The notes under the pieces: model-generated
What the model saw: the letters and a program-made list of their open reading frames with translations, nothing else
Databases searched by the model: none
What the model was told of the DNA's origin: nothing
IMG/VR virus record: IMGVR_UViG_3300028837_001398
Span: 1 to 64,000 of that record
Origin: a virus
DNA: 64,000 nucleotides
Direction: 5' to 3' (one strand)
Position numbers and translations under genes: made by a program
Part shown: positions 7,572 to 16,317 of the stretch, one piece after another
Layout: the number at the start of each line of letters is the position of its first letter
How positions within the stretch are numbered: position 1 is the stretch's first letter

Positions 7572-9203
7572 ATGTGCCGCCTGCTCACGATTCTGATGGT
7601 GCTGGGTATCCTTGCTGGGTTTCCGCTGAGCGCTGGCGCCGAACCTGTCGCATTGGACCTCGTCAGTTTTTTCGACACGCCATCGGCCACATACAGCATA
7701 GTGTCGGATGGCGACTATGCCTACGCAGTGCGCTATGGGGACGGATGCTCGCCCGGCTTTGAGCCAGGCCTGCTGATCCTCGATATCTCGAATCCGTCGG
7801 CACCCGCGCAGGTGGCCTTCGAGCCCACGCCGGGCTGCCCTGGACGGCTCGCCGTTGACGCGACTCATCTCTACGCGCGCCTCCATGATGCGCCCTGCGT
7901 GCCAGCAGACGGCGGCGATCTGGCAATTTATGACGTATCAACACCCGCGTCGCCCGGGCTCATTTACCTCGATGATCACGGCGTTGACATGCTGGTCACG
8001 GACCCGGAAAGCCCCGGACTGCTCTACGCTACCCGTTATGCCGCCCAGGACCTCCTCATGACGATAGATGTGTCAGATCCCGAGGCGCCGACCGTTCTCG
8101 ATTCACTGACAATACCAAATGGACTCTACCTCGTGGTTATTGCCTACCCCTACGCCTACTTGGCCGGGCCCGACTACACGCCCGGGCCAGTGGCCCCTGG
8201 GAACTCGGTGCTCCAAGTAATCGATGTGTCCGACCCTGCGGCGCTGGAACACCTCTCCACCACGACCTTCGAGGACTTCCGCTCCGCGAGCATCGCCGTC
8301 GCGGGCAGTTGGCTCTACGTCCTCGGACAGGACGAGGCACTCTACGTTCTCGACGTATCCGACCCCGCGAACCCGACCCCGGTTTCCTTCTGCGAGACCG
8401 CTGGCGGGAGCCTAGGCGTGCAGGTCCACCACGGCTACCTGCAGCTCGGCCATGACTACGCGCTCGTGAGCCTCAACTGCGATGGGCTTTGGGTAGTCGA
8501 CATCCTCGACGCATACAATCCCGCGGTCGCGGCCTACTATGAGAGCGCGCCCGCCTGGATCGGCAGCACCGCGCTGGTAGATACATATCTCTGCGCAAGC
8601 GGCGAGGGCGGCGTGTCCGTCTTGCGTGCCATCCCTCTTTTCGACGACATGCGCTGGGGCGACTGGGGCGTGGCGGCTGTCCACGCCTGCGCGGACGCGG
8701 GCATCGTCGCGGGGTACGGTGAACGGACCTATGCACCCTCCATCCCGGTCACCCGCGACCAGATGGCGGTGTACGTCTCCCGGGCTCTGGCGGGCGGCGA
8801 CGGAAATGTCCCCGCGCCCGGGGGTGATCCGACCTTCTCCGATGTGCCAGAGGGGCGGTGGGGATACCGCCACATCGAATATGCGGTTGCTGCGGGCGTG
8901 GTCCAGGGCTACCCGGGTGGCATGTACTTGCCGGAACTGCCGGTGACACGTGACCAGATGGCCGTCTACGTCGCCCGCGCTGTCGTCGATCCGACGGGCG
9001 AGGATGGCCTCGCAAGCTACATCCCCCCGGCCGAGGCGAACTTCTCCGACGTGCCAGAGGGCTCCTGGGCATTCAGCCACGTGGAATACTGCGCCGAACA
9101 TGGGATCGTGCAGGGCTACCTCGACGGGACCTACCAGCCGGGCGCGGTCGTAACGCGCGACCAGATGGCGGTCTACATCGCCAGGGCCTTCGGGTTGCAG
9201 TGA
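7572..9203 (+). CDS. secreted LVIVD-repeat beta-propeller protein with 3 SLH domains
   Basis: Signal peptide; repeated L.I.DVSDP..P; three F.DV....W...GIV.GY..G.Y.P...VTRDQMAVY SLH repeats; AAGGAGG SD. Confidence 0.9.
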   Translation: MCRLLTILMVLGILAGFPLSAGAEPVALDLVSFFDTPSATYSIVSDGDYAYAVRYGDGCSPGFEPGLLILDISNPSAPAQVAFEPTPGCPGRLAVDATHLYARLHDAPCVPADGGDLAIYDVSTPASPGLIYLDDHGVDMLVTDPESPGLLYATRYAAQDLLMTIDVSDPEAPTVLDSLTIPNGLYLVVIAYPYAYLAGPDYTPGPVAPGNSVLQVIDVSDPAALEHLSTTTFEDFRSASIAVAGSWLYVLGQDEALYVLDVSDPANPTPVSFCETAGGSLGVQVHHGYLQLGHDYALVSLNCDGLWVVDILDAYNPAVAAYYESAPAWIGSTALVDTYLCASGEGGVSVLRAIPLFDDMRWGDWGVAAVHACADAGIVAGYGERTYAPSIPVTRDQMAVYVSRALAGGDGNVPAPGGDPTFSDVPEGRWGYRHIEYAVAAGVVQGYPGGMYLPELPVTRDQMAVYVARAVVDPTGEDGLASYIPPAEANFSDVPEGSWAFSHVEYCAEHGIVQGYLDGTYQPGAVVTRDQMAVYIARAFGLQ

Positions 9204-9209
9204 CGGCCA

Positions 9210-9419
9210 GTGCCCGTTGGCGACCCGGAGATCAATATCAAGGCGGGCCACGACGGCCTCTGGGCCGAGTTCGAGATCGAGCCGCCTGTCTATGTCAGTT
9301 CCGCGGACATGGATTATCACCGCTCGGAGTGTCCACGCCTGGCAGACGATGCGAAGGCCACCAGTAGGTCGAAAGCGGAGGGCTCCGGTTTCAGCCCGTG
9401 CTCCGAATGCAAGCCGTGA
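9210..9419 (+). CDS. Ada-like metal-binding mini-domain protein or gene remnant
   Basis: VYVS...YHRSECPRL...GFSPCSECKP. Confidence 0.5.
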   Translation: MPVGDPEINIKAGHDGLWAEFEIEPPVYVSSADMDYHRSECPRLADDAKATSRSKAEGSGFSPCSECKP

Positions 9420-9435
9420 GGACGGCCGCGAGTCT

Positions 9436-10908
9436 GTGATTCCCGCCGTCATCTACGCGAGAGTTTCCTCCGAGCTGCAAGCCGTCCAGGGCGGCGGTCT
9501 CGAGGACCAAGTCCGGGCCTGCTGTGATCTATGCGAGCGCGAGGGCTGGGAGGTCAGGGCCACCTACCGGGACGAGGGGATCTCCGGGGCTACCGAGAAC
9601 CGCCCTGCATTTCAGCAGGCCCTGCAAGCTGTTCCGAGCGGCGGTATCCTCGTCGTCGACCGCTATGACCGGCTCAGCCGTGACGCCCGCTATCGGCTCC
9701 AGCTCGCCGACGAACTGGCCCGCCGCGGTATTGCGATTGTCTCCCCCCACGGCCGCGTCGATATCGAGAGTGCGGCAGGATTCCTCGTCTACGGCATCGA
9801 CTCCGTAGTCTCCGAACACTACCGGCGGCTCATCGGCGAACGCACGGCCAGGGCATTCCAGCGCCGGCGCAAGCAGGGCCAGCAGCACGGCGGCACGGCA
9901 CCCTACGGCTACACCTGGGGACCCGAGGGAGAGCTGATTCCACAAATGGAGCACGCCCGGGTGCTACGGCAGATCTTCGCCTGGGCACAGGAGGGCATTG
10001 GAAAATCGGCGATCGCCGGACGATTGAATAAGGCTGGAATCACGCGGCCGGACGGGAAGCAGGGACTGTGGCAGGACGCGACGATCAAAGACATCCTGCT
10101 GAATCCTGTCTACCTTGGTTTCGTCTGCCATCGCTTCCGCAAGCAGGTAAGCCAGACTGGCAAGACTGTGTGGCGCCGGCTCCCGGCGGACAAATGGGAA
10201 ATCTTCGAGGGGAGCCACCAAGCGATCATTGACCGTGACCAGTTTGAGCAGGTACAGTCGATGTTGCGCTCGCGGTCCTGGCGCGTTCCGACCAACTATG
10301 GCCACCAGTTTCTGCTGACTGGTCTGCTCCATTGCCCCCATTGCGGCGGCCGAATGCACGGCAGTCACCAGCGAATGGGATCCCGGCGCTATCCCACCTA
10401 CCGCTGCTCGACCCACATCCACTCCCGCACCTGTCGCTCCACATGTCGTGGGGCCGAGAAGTGGGAACGGGCCTTCATTGACGAACTGGAGGCGATCCTT
10501 GCTGGCGAACGGATTCTCGATCAGAGCTGGCACTATGGAAGCGCCCGGCCGAGCAGTGAGATCGAGGAGACGGAAGCCGAACTGGCCGCACTGAGTAGCC
10601 GACGCGCGGCGATCTTCGAGGCGCTCGAGACGCGGCAGTGGCCCCTGGAGGTGTTACGGCAGCGGCTGGATCGGATCGAGGGCAGGGAGGTTGAACTCAA
10701 GCGGAAGAGGGTGGAGGCGCAGGGCCAGCAGACAAATGGGAAGCCGCCGATACGGCTTCAAGGCTTGCGAGAGGTCCTGATGTCGAGGGATATCCCAGTA
10801 GCCCAGAAGCGCGCAGCATTGGCGGAAGTGGTCGAGCGCATAGACTGGAGGGAAGACGGCGGACTGGAGATCACGTTCCACGCGTTACGTCCAAACGCGA
10901 GAAGATGA
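9436..10908 (+). CDS. large serine recombinase (integrase)
   Basis: IYARVSS catalytic Ser, DEGISG, DRLSR, APYGY, H.AII recombinase domain, LTGLLHCPHCG...YRC Zn ribbon, coiled coil; probable GTG start at 9436. Confidence 0.95.
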   Translation: MIPAVIYARVSSELQAVQGGGLEDQVRACCDLCEREGWEVRATYRDEGISGATENRPAFQQALQAVPSGGILVVDRYDRLSRDARYRLQLADELARRGIAIVSPHGRVDIESAAGFLVYGIDSVVSEHYRRLIGERTARAFQRRRKQGQQHGGTAPYGYTWGPEGELIPQMEHARVLRQIFAWAQEGIGKSAIAGRLNKAGITRPDGKQGLWQDATIKDILLNPVYLGFVCHRFRKQVSQTGKTVWRRLPADKWEIFEGSHQAIIDRDQFEQVQSMLRSRSWRVPTNYGHQFLLTGLLHCPHCGGRMHGSHQRMGSRRYPTYRCSTHIHSRTCRSTCRGAEKWERAFIDELEAILAGERILDQSWHYGSARPSSEIEETEAELAALSSRRAAIFEALETRQWPLEVLRQRLDRIEGREVELKRKRVEAQGQQTNGKPPIRLQGLREVLMSRDIPVAQKRAALAEVVERIDWREDGGLEITFHALRPNARR

Positions 10909-10997
10909 CCTCCTTTCCTTCAATTCACGTAAGCTCAGAGCAAACCCCACAGTGGGATTCTACCACATTGGCAGATGGAACGCAACATGAATCGGCG

Positions 10998-11192
10998 CTA
11001 TCCTTCGCCCGCTGCATCCAATTCGTCGAGCACCTTCCTGCACCTCCGGTCTGGCCCGTTCTGTCCGCGCTCCCACCGGGAGACGGAGACACCGGATGTA
11101 ACGCCGACCGCGTCGGCGAACTCCTCCTGCGACATGCCGAGGCGCTGGCGCAGTGCGCGGATGCGCTCGGGATTCCAGCGTTTCTCTCTCAT
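10998..11192 (-). CDS. small XRE/HTH_3 protein
   Basis: IRALRQRLGMSQEEFADAVGV..VSVSRWERG. Confidence 0.85.
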   Translation of the reverse strand: MREKRWNPERIRALRQRLGMSQEEFADAVGVTSGVSVSRWERGQNGPDRRCRKVLDELDAAGEG

Positions 11193-11248
11193 TGTGGATT
11201 CTCCTCTAGCATCTGTCTCCCGCCCCAAACCTCACCCCACCACGGGAA

Positions 11249-11632
11249 TCAGTGATCATCATGGTTTGTTACATCATCGAGCCACCGGCGCAAGGTCTGG
11301 ACATCGCTGGCGGGATAAGTACGTGTACTGGCTGGCTTAGGGGTATCCGATGCTCGCTCTATCCATGCTGCCGCTCGCGCACTCGCTTCGCACAGACTCT
11401 CGTATGCCTCGCTTGGGGTAAACCCCACGCCACTGATCGTGGTGTCCTGATCCTGGACAGGCGCCTCTGTCTTTGCGCGGACGAAGTGCATGAGCGAACT
11501 GCCGTTTCGGCCCGGCATCCATCCCCAAGGGCCACGGCCTTCTTCGATGATTTGGTACTCGCCCCACTGCGCTATTCGCTCCGCACATTCCTTGCGTGTC
11601 ATCTTCCTCGCTCCTCCCGGGATCTCGCCCAT
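11249..11632 (-). CDS. hypothetical protein
   Basis: Member of the operon driven by the promoter at 12465-12492. Confidence 0.6.
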   Translation of the reverse strand: MGEIPGGARKMTRKECAERIAQWGEYQIIEEGRGPWGWMPGRNGSSLMHFVRAKTEAPVQDQDTTISGVGFTPSEAYESLCEASARAAAWIERASDTPKPASTRTYPASDVQTLRRWLDDVTNHDDH

Positions 11633-11635
11633 TCG

Positions 11636-11890
11636 TCAGATTCTCCGCGCCCCTGACACCTGGAGGTCGTCTGGCATTCTCTCCCAGCGGTGGGCCACCA
11701 TATTCCACTGCTCGAAATGGCAGTTAGAATCGCAGCCTAGTACCGGTCTCGGCCTCCTGCCATGCCTCACCTGCGTATCCTCCCCGCAGGACCGGCATTC
11801 GTAGCAATCATAGCCATCTACCGTCGCCCACATCGCCCAGTCGTGTTCGCCATCTACTCTGCGAATGCCACCCCTCTCTTCCGTCTTCAC
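11636..11890 (-). CDS. Zn-ribbon hypothetical protein
   Basis: HDW...YECRSCG; GAGGA SD. Confidence 0.6.
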   Translation of the reverse strand: MKTEERGGIRRVDGEHDWAMWATVDGYDCYECRSCGEDTQVRHGRRPRPVLGCDSNCHFEQWNMVAHRWERMPDDLQVSGARRI

Positions 11891-11920
11891 GGCATTCCTC
11901 CTCCGGGCTCTCGCCCTGTG

Positions 11921-12436
11921 TTATATGACTTCGCGCCAGTCCGTCCCGGTCCACGGGTCTATGCTCACGTCCGCTGGGCCGTATCGCTCATCGCCTGCCA
12001 TGCCGCGCCCCTTGTAGCCGCCCCACTCGGGCTGCCGGTGGTCGCTTACCCGAATCGTCCGTCCGTCGTCGAGGTTGAAGTACACACTCTCGCCGGGGGC
12101 TGGCCGACGATCCGGGCTGCGACGGTAGTTGATGCCTGCCTTGCGGAGGCGATTCTCGACCCAACGCGCAACCCGTCCAGTGCCTGGCCAGCTTCCCTTA
12201 CGCTCCAGATACTCAGCCCAACGTTCCTCCTCTGCGGCCTGCCTCGCCCTCACCGCCAGCCTCTCGGCCTCGCGCTCAGCCTCATATGCCTCTCGCTGCG
12301 CAGGGGTCAAGTTTGCTTCCCACTCGGCCACCGCCTTCTTCCAGCACCGGTGTGCCAACCGCTTACGCTCGATGGTATTGAGCGCCGGGTACTCCTCTTT
12401 GCGGATTGGCCTCCATTCCGGCTTTCGCGGGTACAT
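11921..12436 (-). CDS. hypothetical protein with S.Y...IRVSDH (LPD-like) motif
   Basis: ESVYFNLDDGRTIRVSDH; GAGG SD before MYPRKPE. Confidence 0.65.
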   Translation of the reverse strand: MYPRKPEWRPIRKEEYPALNTIERKRLAHRCWKKAVAEWEANLTPAQREAYEAEREAERLAVRARQAAEEERWAEYLERKGSWPGTGRVARWVENRLRKAGINYRRSPDRRPAPGESVYFNLDDGRTIRVSDHRQPEWGGYKGRGMAGDERYGPADVSIDPWTGTDWREVI

Positions 12437-12464
12437 CGCCTCTCCTCTCCTTAGCCTCACCTAT

Positions 12465-12492
12465 AGTATACCACGTCCTAGCATGTTGTCAA
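12465..12492 (-). promoter_or_regulatory. strong sigma70 promoter of a small early-gene operon
   Basis: TTGACA-16bp-TATACT with extended TG. Confidence 0.75.
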
Positions 12493-12524
12493 TAGGCCCG
12501 GGGAAGAAAGTTTGGGGTGTTTTG

Positions 12525-12565
12525 GGCCAAAAAAGAGACCCCCGGCCGACCGGCCAGGGGCCTCC
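12525..12565 (-). terminator. intrinsic terminator ending the late/lysis operon
   Basis: GAGGCCCCTGGCCG-GT-CGGCCGGGGGTCTC followed by TTTTTTGG. Confidence 0.8.
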
Positions 12566-12597
12566 AGGACTCCAGAGAAGAGCCGAAACTGGCATCT

Positions 12598-12921
12598 CTA
12601 TTCAACCGAGGGCGGTGCCCGTTCCCAGGAGCCCCCAGCCAGGGCGCGCAGTGTCTGGTGCCCGCCGACTGCAAGGACACTGGCCACAAATCCAGCGAGG
12701 AACGCATCGGCCATCACGTCGGCGCCCCAGCCGCGCTCCCGCCAGAATGCCATCTGCGCGAACAACTGGCCTCCCAACAGGGCCACCAAGAGCGTCACCC
12801 GCCCTTTGGCGCCGAGGCGCTTTGCGAACTGGATAACGCCTGTTGCGAGGAGTAGGGCGAGCGTCGGGGGCCATTTCAGCGCCGCCCAGGTCAGGTTCGC
12901 TAGGTCCGTGATGTCTCCCAC
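12598..12921 (-). CDS. holin-like multi-TM protein
   Basis: About 3 hydrophobic helices; last gene of the lysis region. Confidence 0.6.
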   Translation of the reverse strand: MGDITDLANLTWAALKWPPTLALLLATGVIQFAKRLGAKGRVTLLVALLGGQLFAQMAFWRERGWGADVMADAFLAGFVASVLAVGGHQTLRALAGGSWERAPPSVE

Positions 12922-12931
12922 GTCATCCTCC

Positions 12932-13849
12932 TCACTCGAATGTGTAGACTCGCCCTGCGTGTTCGTGCGGCACTACGGCCACGGAGTGCCAGAGATCCGA
13001 GGCGAAGAACTCCCGGCCCTGTTGCCGCGCGGCCATGAGCGCGGGCGGAATGGTCTGTCTGGGCCTCATCATGTCCGCGCCGAGCCGCACTGGCAGCAGG
13101 ATGATGGGCACCTTCTCCGCCGAGTACCGCAGCATCTGCTGTATGTGATCATAGACGAGTGTGTCCAGCAGGGCATCGGCATACTCGAACAGGTCCATCT
13201 TCCGCGCCCGGACGTAGGGCGAGTCGTCTCCGCGGTTGCAGGCGACGACGGCGAGCACCACGTCGAGCTCGGGCTCGAGGTCCAGCAGGTCGCTGACCGG
13301 TATCGGGCGCGAGACGCCGCCGTCCACGGCCTTGCACTCGCGGCCGTTGATCGTCATCGTCACTGGCTTGTACGCGCCGGGGATCGCCGTCGTCGCGCGG
13401 ATCGCCGGAAGGAGCGGGCCCGAGGTCAGCGTCACCGTCCGCCGGAGATTCGGGACCGCGACCGGGACCGCGAACGGGTGTGCCAGCGCCTCGAAGGTAT
13501 GGACCGGCAACGTCGCCTGAAGCCATCTCTCCATAGCGTGCCCGTCATCGACCCCGACCTCTCCGAGCGTCGCTCCCGCTTGCCGACGTATCGCGCTGAG
13601 CCAAGCGATTCGCGCGACGCTCCACCAGTTCGGGCGCCAATAGTCGCTCAACTCGACATCCCTGGCAATTGCGCTCACCTCTGCGGGCTCTAGTCCAGTA
13701 GCTAGCAACGCGCACCACGGCGCGCCGCCGCTGGCAGCGGAGAACGCGGCTACGTCACTCCAGATGCCCGCCTCCTCTGCAGCCTCCGCTATCCCGGCTG
13801 CCGCCACCAGCTTGAGCCCGCCAGCGCTCGCGCAGAACCCGATCCGCAT
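12932..13849 (-). CDS. patatin-like phospholipase
   Basis: SAGGLK oxyanion loop, AASGGA nucleophile elbow, VDGGV catalytic Asp. Confidence 0.85.
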   Translation of the reverse strand: MRIGFCASAGGLKLVAAAGIAEAAEEAGIWSDVAAFSAASGGAPWCALLATGLEPAEVSAIARDVELSDYWRPNWWSVARIAWLSAIRRQAGATLGEVGVDDGHAMERWLQATLPVHTFEALAHPFAVPVAVPNLRRTVTLTSGPLLPAIRATTAIPGAYKPVTMTINGRECKAVDGGVSRPIPVSDLLDLEPELDVVLAVVACNRGDDSPYVRARKMDLFEYADALLDTLVYDHIQQMLRYSAEKVPIILLPVRLGADMMRPRQTIPPALMAARQQGREFFASDLWHSVAVVPHEHAGRVYTFE

Positions 13850-13850
13850 G

Positions 13851-14384
13851 TCAGAACTGCCATTTCTGGGTGAGCATCACGCTCCTGTCCGCCACTCCAG
13901 CCCGCGTCGGTGCCAGCCCGAGCGAAAGCGTTGTCTCCGCTTCACCGCCGCCCCAGGCCGCTCCGCCGCTGAATCCCCATGCCAAGTGATTCTCGTCGAT
14001 CTGTCCGTCAACCAGTCCGCCGCCGATCGCCACGAACCCGTCGCCCACGCCCGCGCGCAGGCCCAGACCAGCTTTCCAGTCCGCTTCCCGGTCCCACAGG
14101 ATGGTCGGATCCCAAATGTAGTCCAGGGAAACCTTCAGGCGTTTGCCGAACACTTTGGGTTCCGCCTTGGCCCAGTCGCCGACCGGCGTATGTGCCAGCG
14201 CCATCGTGCGCCGGTCCTGGTCGCCGACGACGCGCCACGCGGCGACGGCCTCGGTGTTCTCGATGCGCTGGGCGATACCCATGACGAGGTCCGCCGCGAA
14301 GTCTGGAACGTCCGCGGCCATCGCTGGCCCGCCCGCCGCTAGCGCGATTGCTCCGACCACAACTGCTACGATCAGTCTCTTCAT
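13851..14384 (-). CDS. putative small outer-membrane beta-barrel protein
   Basis: Cleavable signal peptide (AMA-AD), alternating amphipathic strands, C-terminal QKWQF. Confidence 0.6.
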   Translation of the reverse strand: MKRLIVAVVVGAIALAAGGPAMAADVPDFAADLVMGIAQRIENTEAVAAWRVVGDQDRRTMALAHTPVGDWAKAEPKVFGKRLKVSLDYIWDPTILWDREADWKAGLGLRAGVGDGFVAIGGGLVDGQIDENHLAWGFSGGAAWGGGEAETTLSLGLAPTRAGVADRSVMLTQKWQF

Positions 14385-14398
14385 CTCTCTGTCTCCTC

Positions 14399-14635
14399 CT
14401 ATTTCTCGCCGGTCTCCACGTTCCCCGGCGCTGTTGCGCTTTCAATGTCGATCTCTTCGTAGGTTCCGAGGAAGATACTCCTCGCGCACGGGTACTGCTC
14501 GCCCTCGATTCCTATGACGAGGAAATCCCCGGCATTGCCCTTCATCGTCCCCTCGAGGGTCTGAACCGAGAACGGCTCTGTCATCTCCTTCGCGTGGATG
14601 ATCTGCGGGCGTTTGCGGTAGTGCTTGAACCCCAT
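14399..14635 (-). CDS. PGDYG-like small phage protein
   Basis: YRKRP..I.A...TLEG.M....GDFLV.GIEGE.YPC...IF..TYE. Confidence 0.75.
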   Translation of the reverse strand: MGFKHYRKRPQIIHAKEMTEPFSVQTLEGTMKGNAGDFLVIGIEGEQYPCARSIFLGTYEEIDIESATAPGNVETGEK

Positions 14636-14637
14636 GT

Positions 14638-14997
14638 CTACTCCTCTCGTATGCTCACCATCAAACCGCGGTCGTGCATCGCCGAGAGCAGCTCCCGCGC
14701 TTGGCGGCTCGTCTGCTCCGCGTCCCGCAGCGTATTGCTGGCCCGCGTCCCCACGCGCACCATGTGGTCTACCAACCCCAGCCCGGCCTTCACAAGCCGG
14801 CGCCACTCCTCGGGCACATCCTCGGCCACCTCCTGCAACTGCTGTACCAGCTCCGTCGCCTCGCCCATGAACACGCCAGCCGCGTCAAGTTGATTCGTCA
14901 GTTCCGCCAGGGCCTCGCCGGTCTGCGGGATCACCGCCCCAGTCGCCTGCTCGATAATGCCCACGAGTTTTTTGGTGCCGAGAATGTCCATGCTCAC
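14638..14997 (-). CDS. coiled-coil protein in the lysis cassette
   Basis: GTGA coupling to the endolysin; heptad-rich. Confidence 0.6.
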   Translation of the reverse strand: MSMDILGTKKLVGIIEQATGAVIPQTGEALAELTNQLDAAGVFMGEATELVQQLQEVAEDVPEEWRRLVKAGLGLVDHMVRVGTRASNTLRDAEQTSRQARELLSAMHDRGLMVSIREE

Positions 14998-15689
14998 CGC
15001 CTGCCTCGCCGCGTATAGATATAGACCTTCCCGTTCTCCCCCTGCTCCGGGTGATAGCTGATACTCCCGCCCAGCGCCTCCACCACGGAGCGCAGCGGCC
15101 CCTCTGCCGTCCCGCCCCGGATGCTGCCCTGCCGGGACACCACCTCGTCGTTCACGAGAACCATGAGCCCGAACCGCTCCGCCTCCGTCCACCGCGGGTG
15201 CATCGCCCGCTCGTTCACCACCTCGAAGTGCATCGGGTCCGGCGTTCGCCATCGCCCCCCCCACTCCCAGCCGTGTTTCTCGAACAGCCCGACCAGCCGC
15301 GCGTCCTGCTGCGCGTCGCTGTCATACGGGCAGAGCGCGGCGTTCAGGTCTATAGCGATTCCCCACGTGTGGCGCGACAGGGTGCGGCGCGGGTTCCAAC
15401 CCTTGTGCCGCGGCACCCAACAGCCATCGTAGGTTTCGATGGTGTGGGTGAGCCCGCGCTCGGCAACCTCCTGCAGGACCTCCGTCAGGCTGTCCGCGAC
15501 GAGTGCATGGCAGGGTATCTCCCGGACGCGGTCGCCGGCCTGCGTCTCCATCGGAAACGGCGGCTCAATACGCGCGATGTTGTGGACGACCCAGTCGGCT
15601 GGCACTATCACCCGGCCGTGCTCCTCGGGATCGTCGCGCGACACGAAGTCGCCGAAGTTCTGCTTCACCCAGGCCGTCGTCCGGGCCAT
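14994..15689 (-). CDS. endolysin, M15 family peptidase with C-terminal stalk/cell-wall domain
   Basis: SRHTWGIAIDLN, WGGRW..PDPMHFE; C-terminal PLRSVVEALGGSISY. Confidence 0.9.
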   Translation of the reverse strand: MARTTAWVKQNFGDFVSRDDPEEHGRVIVPADWVVHNIARIEPPFPMETQAGDRVREIPCHALVADSLTEVLQEVAERGLTHTIETYDGCWVPRHKGWNPRRTLSRHTWGIAIDLNAALCPYDSDAQQDARLVGLFEKHGWEWGGRWRTPDPMHFEVVNERAMHPRWTEAERFGLMVLVNDEVVSRQGSIRGGTAEGPLRSVVEALGGSISYHPEQGENGKVYIYTRRGRR

Positions 15690-15940
15690 CACACCCTCCC
15701 GGCAATCGCAGCGATCGCCGTCGCCAACGCTGCCAGGGCGATCGCTATCGTCACCCAGAACTTGCGCGCGTCCAACGCTCCATTGGCGGGCCTCTTCTCC
15801 AGGGCCTCGATCCGCCGCTCGTTGTCGGGACACCGCTCTTCGAGCCTAGCGCTCAGGCGCGCGAATGCCAGCGTCTGCTCCCCCAGGGCATTCTCCACGC
15901 TGCCAAGCCTATCCAGAACCTCGTCTATGCGGTCACTCAT
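15689..15940 (-). CDS. holin-like protein (coiled coil plus C-terminal TM)
   Basis: RIEALEK followed by FWVTIAIALAALATAIAAIA; immediately upstream of the endolysin. Confidence 0.65.
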   Translation of the reverse strand: MSDRIDEVLDRLGSVENALGEQTLAFARLSARLEERCPDNERRIEALEKRPANGALDARKFWVTIAIALAALATAIAAIAGRV

Positions 15941-15951
15941 TCGCGGTTCCC

Positions 15952-16317
15952 TCAGTCCACGGCTTTTTCAGCGCCATCCACATACTCGAGGAGCCGCGCC
16001 ACGATCACATCCGGCCACCGAGCCCCATTGCCCTTGACGGCAGCCTCCAGCAGCTTTGCCTCCGCGTCCTCCAGCTCCAGCGGCTCGGTCGCGTCGCGGA
16101 CCTTGAGAGCCAGCGCGAGGGTCGCGGTGGGCTCCTTCGAGCTGTGCGTCTCCAGTTCGCGCAGAAGGGCAGCGCGCAGACTCAGCACATCGAGCCGGTA
16201 CAGTTCCGCCCCGCACTGCGGGCAGTTGGCTGGCGCGAGCTCTGGCAACCGCCGCGGCAGCGCCTCGCCCTCCAGCGTTTTCAGACCGTCATCCAGTCCG
16301 TTCGGAAACGTCTTCAT
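15952..16317 (-). CDS. hypothetical protein (tail-fibre chaperone-like position) with CxxC
   Basis: Operon position; LALKVRDA...LELEDAE. Confidence 0.55.
   Translation of the reverse strand: MKTFPNGLDDGLKTLEGEALPRRLPELAPANCPQCGAELYRLDVLSLRAALLRELETHSSKEPTATLALALKVRDATEPLELEDAEAKLLEAAVKGNGARWPDVIVARLLEYVDGAEKAVD

Noticed and set aside
9217-9435. N-terminal extension of the integrase in the ORF track
   Set aside because: The catalytic YARVS motif normally lies within about 10 residues of the start; GTG 9436 fits, and the extension overlaps another ORF
10904-10918. GATGACCTCCTTTC resembles the 16S rRNA 3' end
   Set aside because: Only about 14 nt with no other rRNA sequence; better explained as a minus-strand Shine-Dalgarno
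12932-13849. Patatin as part of a CBASS defence system
   Set aside because: No CD-NTase or Cap genes in the window; the gene is coupled within the lysis operon
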